From Eledone cirrhosa (lineage: Eukaryota): a DNA stretch of 64,000 nucleotides. Within the stretch, counting starts at the first letter, position 1. Each line of letters starts with the position of its first letter. Below the pieces are notes generated by a model that saw only the letters and a list, made by a program, of their open reading frames with translations, searched no databases and was not told where the DNA came from. Both the position numbers and the translations under genes were made by a program. Positions 45,335 through 61,779 of this stretch are shown one piece after another. The stretch spans positions 18,972,001 through 19,036,000 of the forward strand of contig OZ024748.1 in assembly GCA_964016885.1 (NCBI GenBank), written 5' to 3'.

Positions 45335-45666
45335 TATATACATATATATATATAAAGTGACAATATATATATATTATATTTATATATATATATTATGGAA
45401 CACCGTTGGCTTCTTGCTACAATAATTTCTATACTTTTCATTTATATATATATATATATATATATTATATACATACACGGACACCTATATATGAAAAAAA
45501 AAAAATATATATAGATAGATACATATATATGTATATGCAAAAGTTTTATTTAAAATTGTTGGGTTACAACAAGTAAATATTTTATAACTGATATAAAGCA
45601 CTCGACAAGTTTTGGAGTAGATATACGATATTAAACAAATGGAAACTATATTTATAAAACCATATT

Positions 45667-45732
45667 TATTTCATTATACATATTTCGGGGATACCATATT
45701 AAAAATATGGCATGCCTTCTTCAGATAAAATA
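45667..45732 (-). ncRNA. Type I minimal hammerhead ribozyme (mirror copy of 45869-45934)
   Basis: Reverse complement within the 45621-45980 palindrome. Confidence 0.83.
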
Positions 45733-45868
45733 CAATATATAAACAGTTTTATAAATAATTTTGACGTACCATAAATATTGAGCAACCTTTATGTAACCAG
45801 CTTCTTACATAAAGGTTGCTCAATATTTATGGTACGTCAAAATTATTTATAAAACTGTTTATATATTG

Positions 45869-45934
45869 TATTTTATCTGAAGAAGGCATGCCATATTTTT
45901 AATATGGTATCCCCGAAATATGTATAATGAAATA
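45869..45934 (+). ncRNA. Type I minimal hammerhead ribozyme
   Basis: UAUUUUAU-CUGAAGA-aggc AUGCCAUAUU uuu AAUAUGGUAU cccc-GAAA-UAUGUA-UA-AUGAAAUA. Confidence 0.85.
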
Positions 45935-46033
45935 AATATGGTTTTATAAATATAGTTTCCATTTGTTTAATATCGTATATTTGTATATATATATAAATAT
46001 ATATACATAGTACACACACACGCACACACACAC

Positions 46034-46182
<149 letters not shown>

Positions 46183-46680
46183 CACACACACATATATATA
46201 TATACGTCTGGTTAGACATAAAGTCTTTGATTTAACCAATAATTATTCCTGGAAGGGAAATACGGCTTATTCTTTTTAAAAAAGGGATTAGGATTTTCAA
46301 AGAATTTTTATTTAGGGTTTTTTCATACGGGAAATGTGGTATAGTTGCTGAGTAGAAGAGAAAGCCACATGTGTTTGGTTCAGTAGTCCCTCTCGTCTGG
46401 AGTGTGAGGTAAGTTGGGGGTTGACCTCACTTCAAGGTCAGATTTTCTAAGGAGATTAGTTCTGTTCTTATATTTGTCACAAGGGAGTATTAATAGTTCC
46501 TGTCGTCTGAAGTGATTTCATAAGGGTATTTATATATTATTGGAAAACGGGGACTTGAGTGAACTCCCCCCCCCCCCACAGTCCACCACACCCCACACTG
46601 AAATACGGCGCTGTCGTGAGAAAAGAAAATATTTCATACGGGTATTGAGATTGGGTCCTGATTAAACTACAACTTTAGGG

Positions 46681-46736
<56 letters not shown>

Positions 46737-46830
46737 GCACCACAAACACCGTCACCACCGCCACCACCACCACCAACACCAGCACCACCAGCACCAGCAC
46801 CAGCACCAGCACCACCACCACCACCACCAA

Positions 46831-46892
<62 letters not shown>

Positions 46893-47873
46893 ATAATAAT
46901 AATAATAATAATGACTTCTACTATAGGCACAAGGCCAGAAATTTGGAGAGAGGGAAAGGCGATTAAATTGACCTCAGTGCATTACTGGTGCTTTATTTAT
47001 CGACCCGGTAAAGATGAAATGCAAAGCTTAACTCCACAGGATTTGAACTCAGAACGTAAAGGGATGTAACTATATGTCGCAAAACCTAAGCCATGCTCCA
47101 TGAACTACAATTATACACAAATTGAATTTAGTTTTGTTTAAAATCTGAACCCTGATTCTAGTTCTTCAATACCGGCAGCTGTGGTTACCTCCACTACTAC
47201 TACCACCACCACCACCACCACCACCACAGCCTCTACCACTATCTCCATCACCAGCACCACCATCACTCCCCCTCTATCATCAACACCACCACCACCACCA
47301 CCACATCCACCAAAACAACAACCATCACCACCACCACCACCATCACCACCACCACCACTACAACCACCACCACCACATCCACCACAACAACAACCATCAC
47401 CACCAACACTATCATCACCACCATCACCACCACCACCACGACCAACAACAACAACAACACCACCACCACCACTACCACTACCACAACATCCACCAAAACA
47501 ACAACCATCACCACCACCACCACCACTACAACCACCACCAACACTATCACCACCACCATCACCACCACCACCATCACCAACAACAACAACAACACCACCA
47601 CCACCACCACTACCACTACCACCGCATCCACCACAACAACAACCATCACCACCACCACCGCCAACAACAACAGCAACAATAACAACAACACCACCACCAC
47701 CACCACTATCACCACCACCACCACCACTACCACCACCACCACCAACAACAACAACAGCAACACCACCACCACCACCACCACCACCACAACAACAACAACC
47801 ATCACAACCACCGCCGCCAACAACAACAGCAACAACAACAACACCACCACCACCACCACTACCACCACCACCT

Positions 47874-47904
<31 letters not shown>

Positions 47905-48542
47905 CACCACCACTATCACCACCACCACCACCACCACCACAACCACCACCAACAACAGCAACACCACAACCACCACCAACAACAGCAACACCACCACCAC
48001 CACCACCACCTCCACTACCACCATCATCACCACCACCACCACCACCACCACCACCACCACCACCACCACCACCACCACCACTACCACCACAACCAACAAC
48101 AACAACAGCAACACCACCACCACCACCACCACCACTACCACCATCACCACAACCAACAACAACAACAGCAACACCACCACCACCACCACCACCACCACCA
48201 CCACCACCACCACCACCACCACCACCAACACCACCACCACCACTACCACCACAACCAACAACAACAACAGCAACACCACCACCACGTCCACCACCACCAC
48301 CACCACCACCACCACCACCACCACAACCAACAACAACAACAGCAACACCACCACCACCACCACAACCAACAACAACAACAGCAACACCACCACCACCACC
48401 ACCACCACAACCAACAACAACAACAGCAACACCACCACCACCACCACCACCATGACATTTTATAAGGGATTTCACGTCTAACAGGACATTGACAGTGTAA
48501 AGTATCTGACGAGAAAATCCGAGAGAGGAAGATGCATATATC

Positions 48543-48592
<50 letters not shown>

Positions 48593-48742
48593 AGGTGGAG
48601 AAGGAGAGTGATGGGGGGTGAGTGGGTGTGGGAAGAGAACCTTTCTCTCTTGTAGTCAGATATTCCAAACGGAAATGGCGAAATCATGATATCAGTCTTC
48701 ATGCACTAAAAATACTTTTGAAGCACAGGCAAATACACACAC

Positions 48743-48828
<86 letters not shown>

Positions 48829-48948
48829 ACACACACACATATACACATACATACACACGCGCGCGCACACATACACGCACATACACACACATACACGCAT
48901 ACACACATATACACACGCACATAACGATGGCAACGCACGAAGAATAAA

Positions 48949-49022
<74 letters not shown>

Positions 49023-49628
49023 CATACATACATGTATGTATGCATATGTAGATACATAATACATACATACATGCATGTATGTATGTATGTATGTATGTAT
49101 ATATACATACATACATACATGTATGTATGTATGTGTAGATACATAATACATAACATACATACATGTATGTATGTATGTATTATGTATGTATGTATGTATA
49201 TTTATGACGAATCATTTTTTAAGTGGAAGATGGCAAAAATATTTTGATGGAGGCAAAGAGGAAATGTTTGTAAACATATGAGAAGTAGAAGAGAGATTTC
49301 CCAGACAAATAAAAATATGTTTCTAGTGATTCTTGGTGAACGCCTAAATTGGTAGGAAGGATCTACATGTCAGGAAGGAGTTTCTGACAATTTTCAGAGA
49401 TTTTGACGTAAATGGTAAGAATAAAATATCAAAGATGACAAAAATAAAAATTAAAACTGAAAAATGGAAATAAAAAGAAATAAAGCAAAAAAAAAAACAA
49501 AAAACAACAACAACAAAAAACAAAACAAAACAAATAAAACAAAAAAGACAAACAAACAAAAAAAAAACGTGATTTTTCCGATTTAGGAAATGTAAATTAC
49601 TCAAGAGGAGGAAGTGAGAGGACAACAA

Positions 49629-49713
<85 letters not shown>

Positions 49714-49768
49714 CATATACATGCATATGCATATATATATATATATACATACATATACATACATATGC

Positions 49769-49829
<61 letters not shown>

Positions 49830-49839
49830 TGTATATATA

Positions 49840-49919
<80 letters not shown>

Positions 49920-49986
49920 GAGATATATAGATATATATATATAGATATATAGATATATAGATATATATATAAACATACATATATAG

Positions 49987-50029
<43 letters not shown>

Positions 50030-50034
50030 ATATG

Positions 50035-50095
<61 letters not shown>

Positions 50096-50227
50096 ATATA
50101 TAGAGAGATATATAGATATATATATATATATAGATATATAGATATATATATAAACATATGTACATATGTCAGGAAAATGTCACCTTGACATCTAGGATTT
50201 GTACTGAATATATCATACTTGCTTACG

Positions 50228-50258
<31 letters not shown>

Positions 50259-51127
50259 GCGTGTGTGCTTAGGCATGTGGGTGTGTGTGTCTGTGTGTGA
50301 GGCTGTGATTATGTATGACTGTTTGACTGTGTTTGTGTACAGATGCAAATGAGCAAAACATATCCATAGTTGATCACTTGACTGCCAACAAAGATCAGTT
50401 TTTCTCATAAACCTGTAATACAATTTCGTAAATTAATTCTTAATTCCTTGAAATAATCTGCCCTTTCGAAAAACTACAGCTCTACTTTTGTTTTCTTTTT
50501 CCAACTATGAAACATTTGCCTAAGATATTCAATGCCTTGCCTCTTAATTTAGAATTTCTCATGTAGTCTTCTCTATTTTAAAGACGTGTATGGTCTAATT
50601 TGTCGGTTAAATATCTGCAAATTATAGAAGGATCGCATTATGGCTCTTTCCAGCGTTTTTACTCAGGCTGCAAAGATTTCCATATTCAACACTTATTTAC
50701 GGCATGAACGACATCTATCGAAAAACAACTTATTTCATTCGCTTTTATATTAAATCTGCTTTATCCCTAGTCATAGAGATACGAAATAATGTCCAATCTT
50801 TTTTGTTGTTTAAACTCTTAACAAATAACTATTTTTTTAAAAATTTATTTGAAATTTTTTTTTACCATTTTTAGGAAAGAAAAACAAAAACGAAAAAAAT
50901 AAATAAGAAGAAAACAAACAAAAAAAATATTGAAACAAAACTAAACGAAAGTAGAGTAAAATAAAACTTCTCAAAAACTTCCTCCAATAATCTCAATAGC
51001 TTCAAGACGCTGGTGCCGCCATATTTTCTCAATAATACACGCAACAGCTTCTAGTCTTCACCTTTTTCTACTTCCTTTTTGTAAAAATTCTTTGGAGAAG
51101 AAAAGAGATAGAAACAAAATGCAAAGC

Positions 51128-51167
<40 letters not shown>

Positions 51168-53361
51168 GTAATCAAAATAAATTTTAGCCAGAGCAAAAAC
51201 ACCGCAGTTCAAGTTGTGAATTAAAATAATATCACGCCCTATATTTTCTTCTTTCCCGCCCTTTTTTCATTCATTATATAGTGCAAGTACCATTTTAATT
51301 CTTTCGTTTTTCTTTTCTCCCCTTTCTTTTCTTTTCATTTCTTTCTTTCTTTCTCCTTCCATTGATATTTTATATAAACCTTTTCTAAAAGACTTGCTTC
51401 TAGCAAGTGGTTATTTTCTTTACAGCTCAGTCTGTTTTGTTTCAAAGATTCTGTTAATGCAGCTGCAAAAACTTTCATTCCAACCAACAACAGGTCTCGT
51501 TTTTTTTTGAGAGAGAGACAAGTCATTAACACACCAGCCGACCAACCGGACAGCCAGTCAGCAAGTCAGACAGCCAACCAGCCAGTCAACCAGTCAGCCA
51601 ACCAGGCAACCAGCCAGCCAAGCAGACAGACAGACAGCCATCCAGCCAGGCAGATAGCGAGTCTGCCAGACAGACAGACAGCCATCCAGCCAGGCAGATA
51701 GCGAGTCTGCCAGACAGACAGATAGAGAGTCTGTCAGACAGATAGAGAGTCTGTCAGACAGACAGAGAGTCTGCCAGACAGAAAAACGTACAGTCATTAA
51801 CATAGGCAGACGTCCAATCAGATACAAAGATAGACAGATAGACAGAATTAGGCAGCCGACCAACCGGACAGACAGTCAGAAGACAGGCAGTCAATTTGTT
51901 AGACAGATAGACAGTTAAAATCAGATGTACAATCATTAACAAATCAACTAGACAGTCAGAGACAGGCAGTCTGACAGGAAGTCAGTCAGACAGATAAACA
52001 GCTAGTTAGAATCAGACGTACAGTCATTAAGGAACCAGCTAGACAGACAGATAAGCAGTCATTTAGTCAGAAGAAATTTTCCTAAGAATATTTTCAAAAA
52101 TTTTCTTCAAAATTTTCATCGAAATTCTCTCAAAATTTTTGTCAATTTTTTTCAAAATTTTTCTCCGAATATTTTCAATTTATTTTTCTCAAAATTTCTT
52201 GAAAAATTTTCTTCAAATATTTTCCGAAACCATTCTAGAAAATTTCTAATGAATTTCTTTTGAAAAATGCTTGAAAATAATTTGAGGAAAAATTTTGTGA
52301 AAGTTTTCAGGAAAAGTTTTCAAAAAACTTTGATAAATATTTTGAGGAAAACTTTTGGCGAAATTTAGAGGAAAACTTCTAAAAATATTTCGAGGAATAT
52401 TTTTGAGAATTCTTTTGTGATAAATTTTGGAAAAGAATTGAAAATATTTGAAAAATTGTTTAAACAAATCTGAGGAAACATTTTGAGAAAATTTTGAGGA
52501 ACAAACCAACCAACCAACGATCCCTAACCATCCTCCGGGGAAACGCCTTCTCCATTCTGTCTGCCGGGGCTGTGGGGAGGCCAGCACGTGGGATCCCATT
52601 AGCCCACCATACAGAGAGATGGGGAGGGCGAGAGAGATGGAGGCGATGACAATGGGAGTTCGGCTCTTCCACGATCGGATCATATCCTTGTGGTTGTGTT
52701 CAGAATTAATTCTATACTAAGAACGTGTGATAATACTGCTATCCCCTAAATATATTCTTTACAGAATATTTACGTTTTAATTCTCAGATCCATAGAATAT
52801 TTTAGTAATACACTAAATCGCCAATTAATACCGCTTAATCAACCCAACGAAACGAAACGAAACAAAGCCAACAAAATTGTATTTCATAATACAACATGGT
52901 AGTAAAATTCTTCGATGGTATCATGGCGTCTCGCCTATTGTAATGATGACTAATTAAACAGTTCTTTCGGTTAACCAAAGATAGAACATGGAATTTCTTC
53001 ATCACACGTATCCTACAGGGTGTGGGCGCGGGGCGGTCGTTTAGACAACAACCATTATCTATCTTTGGTTAACTAGAGGAACTGGTTCATTAGTCATTTC
53101 CACAACAGCCGAGACACCTTGGTGCCATCGAAGAATTTTACCATAGAGTTGTATTTTGAAATATGAAGTGTGAAATATCGTTTGGTTGGTTTAGGTTGGT
53201 TTGGGTTGGTTTGGGTGGGTTTGGGTTGGTTTGGGTTGGTTTGGGTGGGAATGGTTGGTAGCATGGAAGGTATCGGGGGAACACTACCACACACACACAA
53301 ACAACCACACAAACAACCACACACACACACACACACGCACCCCCCCACACACACGCACGCA

Positions 53362-53403
<42 letters not shown>

Positions 53404-53504
53404 CACACACACATATTTATAAACATATATAAACATACATATACACATGTTTCTATACACACACTCGAATATATATATATATATATATACATACACGCAC
53501 ATGC

Positions 53505-53540
<36 letters not shown>

Positions 53541-53902
53541 ATACACATACATACATATAAATATATATACGTATACACATACACATACACACACACACAT
53601 AGATACACACACAAACAAACAAACAACCACACACACACACACATACGCAAAATCTCACAGAAATACACACACACACACGCAACCAACCACACACACATGC
53701 ACACACACATACACACACATACACACACATACACACACACACATATATATATACATATATTTATATGCAAGTGATAAGAGTAACAATTCGGTGTACCGGA
53801 GGCGAAGACATGATAAAGTCGATAGATAGATTCTAGAGATTATAACAGTGGAGGAGAATATATTGAAAAACACGAATATAGAAATACATACCTACACACA
53901 CT

Positions 53903-53965
<63 letters not shown>

Positions 53966-53966
53966 T

Positions 53967-53998
<32 letters not shown>

Positions 53999-54152
53999 CA
54001 CACACATACACACATATACATATATCATATATATATATATATTCATATATATATATATATATATATATCATATATATATATATGTTTATATGTATATATA
54101 TGTGTATATATGCACATATATAAATATGTATTAATATATATATTATATATAA

Positions 54153-54337
54153 GGGCGGTAGATTGGCAGTATCAGTAGAGGGTCGGACGCCATGCTTTGC
54201 AGTATAGTTACGTCCCTTTACGATCTGAGTTCAAATCCCGCCGAGGTTGACTTTGCCTTTCATCCTTACGGGGTCGATAAAATAAAGTACCAGTCATGCA
54301 CTGGCTTATTGCTGGCCTTGTGCCTAAAGTAGAAACA
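54153..54337 (+). mobile_element. Full-length SINE; another at 59040-59218 (+)
   Basis: gggcggtagattggcagtatc...gtagaaaca. Confidence 0.9.
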
Positions 54338-54421
54338 ATTATATATATTTATATATATACATTTGCATAGATACATATATACTTACATATATGCATACAT
54401 ATGTATACACGCAAAAATAAG

Positions 54422-54457
<36 letters not shown>

Positions 54458-54463
54458 TATAAA

Positions 54464-54511
<48 letters not shown>

Positions 54512-54514
54512 ATT

Positions 54515-54670
54515 GGAACGAGTAGGACCCCGACGGCTTAGCTCAAGCCGTTTCGACGGCTAATTCTGGACTAAAAATTCATTTTAGTCCAGAATTAGCC
54601 ACTATACTACCCTAAGTATTGAGTACTTTGGTGCGTTATGGTCCACCTGGTTCCTTACCACATTTCCTTC
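54515..54670 (+). mobile_element. Family A fold-back insert with internal deletion
   Basis: Inverted arm, centre ctggactaaaaattcattttagtccag, then tail. Confidence 0.8.
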
Positions 54671-54672
54671 TT

Positions 54673-54704
<32 letters not shown>

Positions 54705-54721
54705 TACATACATATTTATAC

Positions 54722-54761
<40 letters not shown>

Positions 54762-55049
54762 TATATATACATATATACATATATACATACACACACACGC
54801 GCACACACACACATATATATATATATATATAATGATGTAGGTATGTATGTGTGGGAATACAAGTTAAGTTTTATAAAATAAATCCAGTAGATTCTCCTTA
54901 TACAACAGGTAACATATGGTTTGATACAACTGATAAATGATAGAACAGTTAACAGACAGGTAACTATATATATACAGGTATGTATATATAGAGATGTATG
55001 TATACATTCCAATATTATAATGTTTACATACACACACACACATACACAC

Positions 55050-55121
<72 letters not shown>

Positions 55122-55194
55122 TTCAAGAGTAACCAATCTTAAAGAGAGAGATGGAGATAGTAGAGGAGATATGAGAGGAAAGATTGGTGAGTTA

Positions 55195-55237
<43 letters not shown>

Positions 55238-55331
55238 TATGTATGTATACACACATATATATATGTATACACACGCACACATATGTATATATAAATATGT
55301 ATGTTCAAACATACAAATGCACTCTCTCTCA

Positions 55332-55409
<78 letters not shown>

Positions 55410-55589
55410 TATATATACACACATATATATGTACACATTGTATTCATTGTATATATATGTGTGTGTGTATGTATGTATGTGGGTATATCTATATGTGGGT
55501 ATATCTATATCTATATCTATATCTCTCTCTCTCTCTATATATATATGTATATATATATATACACATATATATATATACATATATATACA

Positions 55590-55756
<167 letters not shown>

Positions 55757-56331
55757 ATATCTGTTGGTGATGTAGTACAGTATTTGGTTGTTAATGTTTG
55801 GTTTCATCCATCAACATTTACTGACATATAAACACAGACATACAGACAGACATATATACATACGCTGACACCGAGACACACGCATACGCACATACACTTT
55901 GACTCATAAACACACACAGGCTTACAGACACATCCACTCGCACACACAAGAACATACATACACACATGCACAACCACACAAACACAGGCACAGACACGAA
56001 AATTTCCTAAATAGATAGATATAAGATTTTCTTATTATTAGACGAGCTAGAAATTATGCGATTGACCTAATTGGTATGGCACGGTTCTCCGTCTTTTTCG
56101 ACGAAGAATATTTAATTGTTTCGATTAGTTAACGATCGCCGCGATTTCCTTGTAATTAGAAAGCGAACTTTTTATTGTAACGTATATTGTGTATATATGG
56201 GTGTGTATATATGTATAAATTTGTGTAAATTTTACGGAGCTACAGACATATATGTATATATATGTATGTATATGGATGTATATGAAAGTATATACCATAT
56301 TTTTATATACAATACACATGGTAGAATCGCC

Positions 56332-56367
<36 letters not shown>

Positions 56368-56532
56368 CCACAAACCCTCCATCTCAATTGTACTTTTGAA
56401 AAGCATAAGGACTGTGAAACAGATAAAGGAAATAAATAAATATTCTTAAAAAGACTTCAGTTGCATTTTCGATTTCTTTTCCTTATACTTTCACCCGTGT
56501 AGGACATCTTGTGTTTTATTTAAAAAAAACTC

Positions 56533-56627
<95 letters not shown>

Positions 56628-57372
56628 AATAAATATATATATATATATATATATAAAAATGAATATATGATAGGGATAAACACTGATACAAGTATACATG
56701 TGTTTGCATTGCAAATGACCAAGTTAGCTAGATTGAAAAATACTAATTAAAATAATACGGTTTGCCTGTCTCGATTTAAAATAATAAATCAATAAAAATA
56801 AACCTATATTGGCAATAGCTGTGATACCTGGACAAATTTAAATTTTAAATTTTAAATTTGTTTCGCAATAATTAAGTGAAATTTCCTATTCCTGTGCTCT
56901 TCTGCAGGTATCCAAAAATTGGTAAGTTTCACTTCAAAATACTTAAGAAGACTGAGAGAAATGTGTTGTTGAACGCACATGTGTCCCAGCGTCTAGCACG
57001 TCCTATACTCGTGCCGCTAAAAATAGCATTTGAGTTTATAACTCTATATATAATATATTTCAAAGGAGTGTAACATGAAGTTTATAACTCTCTATATATA
57101 TATTTCAAAGGAGTGTAACATGAAGTTACTGTAGGTTCATCTAGGTGAGCACTCGATGTTTAGGTTCGAGGTGTAGAGCTAGACAGAGTGTAATATAATA
57201 ATACAAGGACGAATGGTAACTCCTTCATTACGTTTATTGTTGGTGACGCGCGTTTCACTACTGATCAGCTCAAGGTTCGATCTGTATCGATCTGTCCCGG
57301 CTCTGGAATCAAAAGCTTGTGTACATATATATACATAAACACAAACAGACACACAGACACACACACACACAC

Positions 57373-57403
<31 letters not shown>

Positions 57404-57459
57404 AATATATATATATATACATAGACGTACATAGCGGTATTATTATTGTTACCAATAGA

Positions 57460-57648
57460 GGGCGGTGGATTGGCAGTATCGGCAGACAGTCGGACGCCAT
57501 GCTTTCCAGCATAGAGTTACGTCCCTTCACGATCTGAGTTCAAATCCCGCACAGGTTGACTTTGCCTTTCATCCTTACGGGGGTCGATAAAATAAAGTAC
57601 CAGTAATGCACTGGGTAATTGCTGGCCTTGTGCCTAAAGTAGAAACAA
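57460..57648 (+). mobile_element. Full-length tRNA-derived SINE (Nin-domain-like core)
   Basis: A-box tggcagtatcgg, B-box gttcaaatcc, core gactttgcctttcatccttacggggtcgataaa, end gtgcctaaagtagaaaca. A 17-bp TSD ttattattgttaccaat lies at 57440-57456/57649-57665. Confidence 0.92.
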
Positions 57649-58267
57649 TTATTATTGTTACCAATGACAACATCAACGGAATCTGGGCTATTTATAGAAA
57701 ACGGGATTTGGAAAGAAAGAAATGACCTGATTGTTTGTTTTATTGATCAAATTGTGATCGAATTAACGATGGTTTCAAATTGTGTCAAATACAGATTTGT
57801 TTGAAATACGGGATTAGACTTGGAATAGTTGTAGAGTGACGTGACACCATGAGACAGAAGATCAGATCTTCTGTCTCATGACTTCTATCAAACTATCACG
57901 TGATTATCTCATGTAAACAAATTATTTATTGAACAGAGGGACAACCGATACACACTCACACACATACACACACACACAACATATACATGAGTCCACACTC
58001 ATGCACATCCGCACACAAACATACATACATACACACATCACGCACCCCCACACATGCACACACGCACATACACAGAAACATACAGACACACCCACATAAA
58101 TATGCATATACATATATATCTTCACACATACACATACGCACACATACATACACACATTCACACACATACACACATGTACACACAACCATACACAGGTGAA
58201 AGGGACTCAATCAGATCTCAGCAGCCAATTTTGCCATAAATCATATCGTGGCCCCTTAAGAAAAAGA

Positions 58268-58305
<38 letters not shown>

Positions 58306-58315
58306 TATCAATATA

Positions 58316-58785
<470 letters not shown>

Positions 58786-58832
58786 CATATACATACATAT
58801 GCATATATATATATATATATATACATATATAT

Positions 58833-58882
<50 letters not shown>

Positions 58883-58958
58883 TGGTAATAGTTTGGTAAA
58901 GATAGCCAAGGTATAGAGTAACTCATGTTTTGTAGGACGAGTTCTGGCGCCATTGTAG

Positions 58959-58997
<39 letters not shown>

Positions 58998-59650
58998 ACA
59001 CACACACACGCACACACACACACGCACACACACGCTGGCCTGGCAGTATCGGTAGAGGGTCGGACGCCATGCTTTGTGGCATATAGTTACTTCCCTTTAC
59101 GGACTGAGTTCAAATCCCACCGAGGTTAACTTTGCCTTTCATCCTTACGGGGGTCGATAAAATGAAGCATCAGTAAAGCGCTGGGATAACTGCTGGCCTT
59201 GTGCTAAAAGTAGAAACATGCACACGCATACTTTAGTCTAAAATTGATCATAGCCATATTTGTTTAGGGCAGACCTAGGGCTAAATAACTAAAACAACTT
59301 TGACAACAACAACATCTATAACAACAATACATTGATGTGGTCTTTAAGTGAAAGCTCAACATGTTACATAAAAGACGATCGACTTTCGTCAAATCGGACC
59401 GAGGGAACAATGTTTCCGTTGGTCTTTCCAATTGCTAATACTATCTATCGGTCGCAACTCCAGGTAGAAGGAGCAACGTGAAATAAAGTGTCTTGCTCAA
59501 GGACATAACGCATCGCCTGGTCCAGGAATCGAACTCACAACCTTACGATTGCGAATCCAATTCTCTAACCACTCAGCCACACGCCTTCATGTTACATATA
59601 GTAACTAAATGACCCTGAAATCACATTCATCTGTCTTACAGAGGATCCCT

Positions 59651-59767
59651 CTAAAATCTGTGATTATCAACATCAATTTCGTCATCACCAATCTGCAATC
59701 CGCCATCATCAGCTTCAATTTCGTCTTCGCCACCTTCAATTTCGTCTTCGTCGATTTCAGTTTTGTT
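59651..59767 (-). CDS. Candidate host exon, acidic peptide
   Basis: ttcatcctgcag acceptor, then phase-0 NKTEIDEDEIEGGEDEIEADDGGLQIGDDEIDVDNHRF*. Confidence 0.3.
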   Translation of the reverse strand, partial: NKTEIDEDEIEGGEDEIEADDGGLQIGDDEIDVDNHRF

Positions 59768-59943
59768 CTGCAGGATGAAGCTAATAATTATTATTTTTTT
59801 AGTAATGCACTGGGTAATTTCTGGCCTTGTGCCTAAAGTAGAAACAATTATTTTTTTTATATGTAAAGAATGAAGCAATGACATCAGAATTGTAAAGGAA
59901 TGTAGACATTTTAAAGGAATCTACTTCACCATAAATATACATA

Positions 59944-60032
<89 letters not shown>

Positions 60033-60129
60033 TGAAATTTCCGTTGAAAACAGAAAAGGTCATAGAAGTGAAGAGTGCTCTATGTAAGTACCAGGGCAAA
60101 ATTTAATGTATAAAAATCAATACAATATA

Positions 60130-60207
60130 ATTACCTCATTACCAGAGGTTTCCCGAATGAGGCGAATACGAAAGAAACGTCTTCATTCGTTCGTCAGACG
60201 AGGCAAT
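60130..60207 (-). ncRNA. Type I hammerhead ribozyme (relative of the 30.6-kb family)
   Basis: Minus strand: AUUGCCUCGU-CUGACGA-aCGAAUGA...UCAUUCGg-GAAA-CC ucu GG-UA-AUGAGGUAAU. The 10-bp stem I has 2 GU pairs. Confidence 0.87.
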
Positions 60208-60362
60208 ATAAAACATGGCTAAATACTTGGAAAGTCTCATCAAGAAAAGCAAAAAAATTATATAAATATAGACAAATGAATTACAATAGCCATATAAAAT
60301 ATATAAAATCTTTCAAGAAATATATATATATATATATATAAGTATGTATATTTATGGTAAAG

Positions 60363-60394
<32 letters not shown>

Positions 60395-60811
60395 TATATT
60401 GTGAAAAGTCCTACTTTCTCAAGTATGAAGTACTTAGCTGAGCATGGCCATGCTAGTCTAAACTGGTAAATCCCAGTATATGTCTTTATACACACACACA
60501 CACACACTCACACACACTCACGCACACACACACACACATATATATATACCACACTCTCTCACACTTTCTATATATCCACATATATGTTCACATATACACT
60601 TACACACAGAGCGATACACATATAATGACCTAAACATGTTTTGTTGACCTTAACACTGAACGTTAATTTAACAGTTGGCTGTAGTAGAGAGAATTCGAAT
60701 CACTTGGTACAGGAAGTAACTTCTTAACTAAAATCTAAATAACACCTTATGAAACTATTTCCTGATACAGGCATACACTATACACACATCTATATATGAA
60801 TATATATAATG

Positions 60812-60843
<32 letters not shown>

Positions 60844-61039
60844 TGTATGTATGATGTATGTATGTATGTATGTATGTATGTATGTATGTATGTATGTATG
60901 TATGTATGTATGTATGTATGTATGTATGTATGTATGTATGTATATATATATACATAATAATAAATAATAAATATATATTTATTTATTTATATATACGTTT
61001 TATTTTTTCCGTTTATATATACATACATATATACATACA

Positions 61040-61082
<43 letters not shown>

Positions 61083-61721
61083 TATATATTACTATATATA
61101 TATTAATGCACTGGATAATTGCTGGCCTTGTGCCAAAACTAGAAACAGTTATTTGCACAGATTAAAGTTTAAGCAAAGAATCGCTGCTTTCTTCCCATTA
61201 CAGGCTCTTCTAAAAAATAATAAGTACGTATATATATATATTTATATACAAAGGGTAAAGACCTCCTTCAGTCATGAATGACCATAGGATTTGCAACTAG
61301 AAAGTTCTCCTTCGAGGCACAAGTCCGGGCAAGGTTGTTTGTGGAAGACCAGCAGTCACCCATGCATACCGTCCTCCAACCTCAACGCCACCGATGTTGT
61401 CGAAGGGAAAGACAAATGTCAATACAGCTTGGCACCAGTGACGTTGCAGCTCATTTCTACAGCTGAGTGAACTGGAGCAACGTGAAAATAAAGTGTCTTG
61501 CTCAAGAACAGAATGCAAACTCGGTCCGAGAATCAAACCAAGAGCAGTTAAAATAGGGCTACTTCACCACAATTGCTTTATTGTAAGATATATATTTCTG
61601 TTATATGGTTATGCATGTGACTTCATCAGATGCTCATACAATCATAGGTGTAGTTATGAATTGATGGAGATATGTCGCTGGTCATGTATTACCAGCCAGT
61701 TGTGATGCAAGCAACCCCCTA

Positions 61722-61779
<58 letters not shown>

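Larger units (their letters stand above)
45540..45980 (-). mobile_element. Fold-back insert with perfect 176-bp arms (45621-45796/45805-45980) and left tail
   Basis: Direct reading: 8-nt spacer ccagcttc, with a hammerhead in each arm. Confidence 0.88.

Noticed and set aside
52075-52500. A/T-tract region with loose mirror symmetry (also 62555-62830)
   Set aside because: It is low-complexity aaaatttt sequence with no definable unit or ends.
52515-52695. GC-rich island considered as an HDV-like ribozyme or exon
   Set aside because: I could not build the P1/P2/P3 nested pseudoknot or find a convincing frame with splice sites.
54153-54245. tRNA genes
   Set aside because: The A/B boxes belong to SINE heads and no complete cloverleaf with acceptor stem is present.
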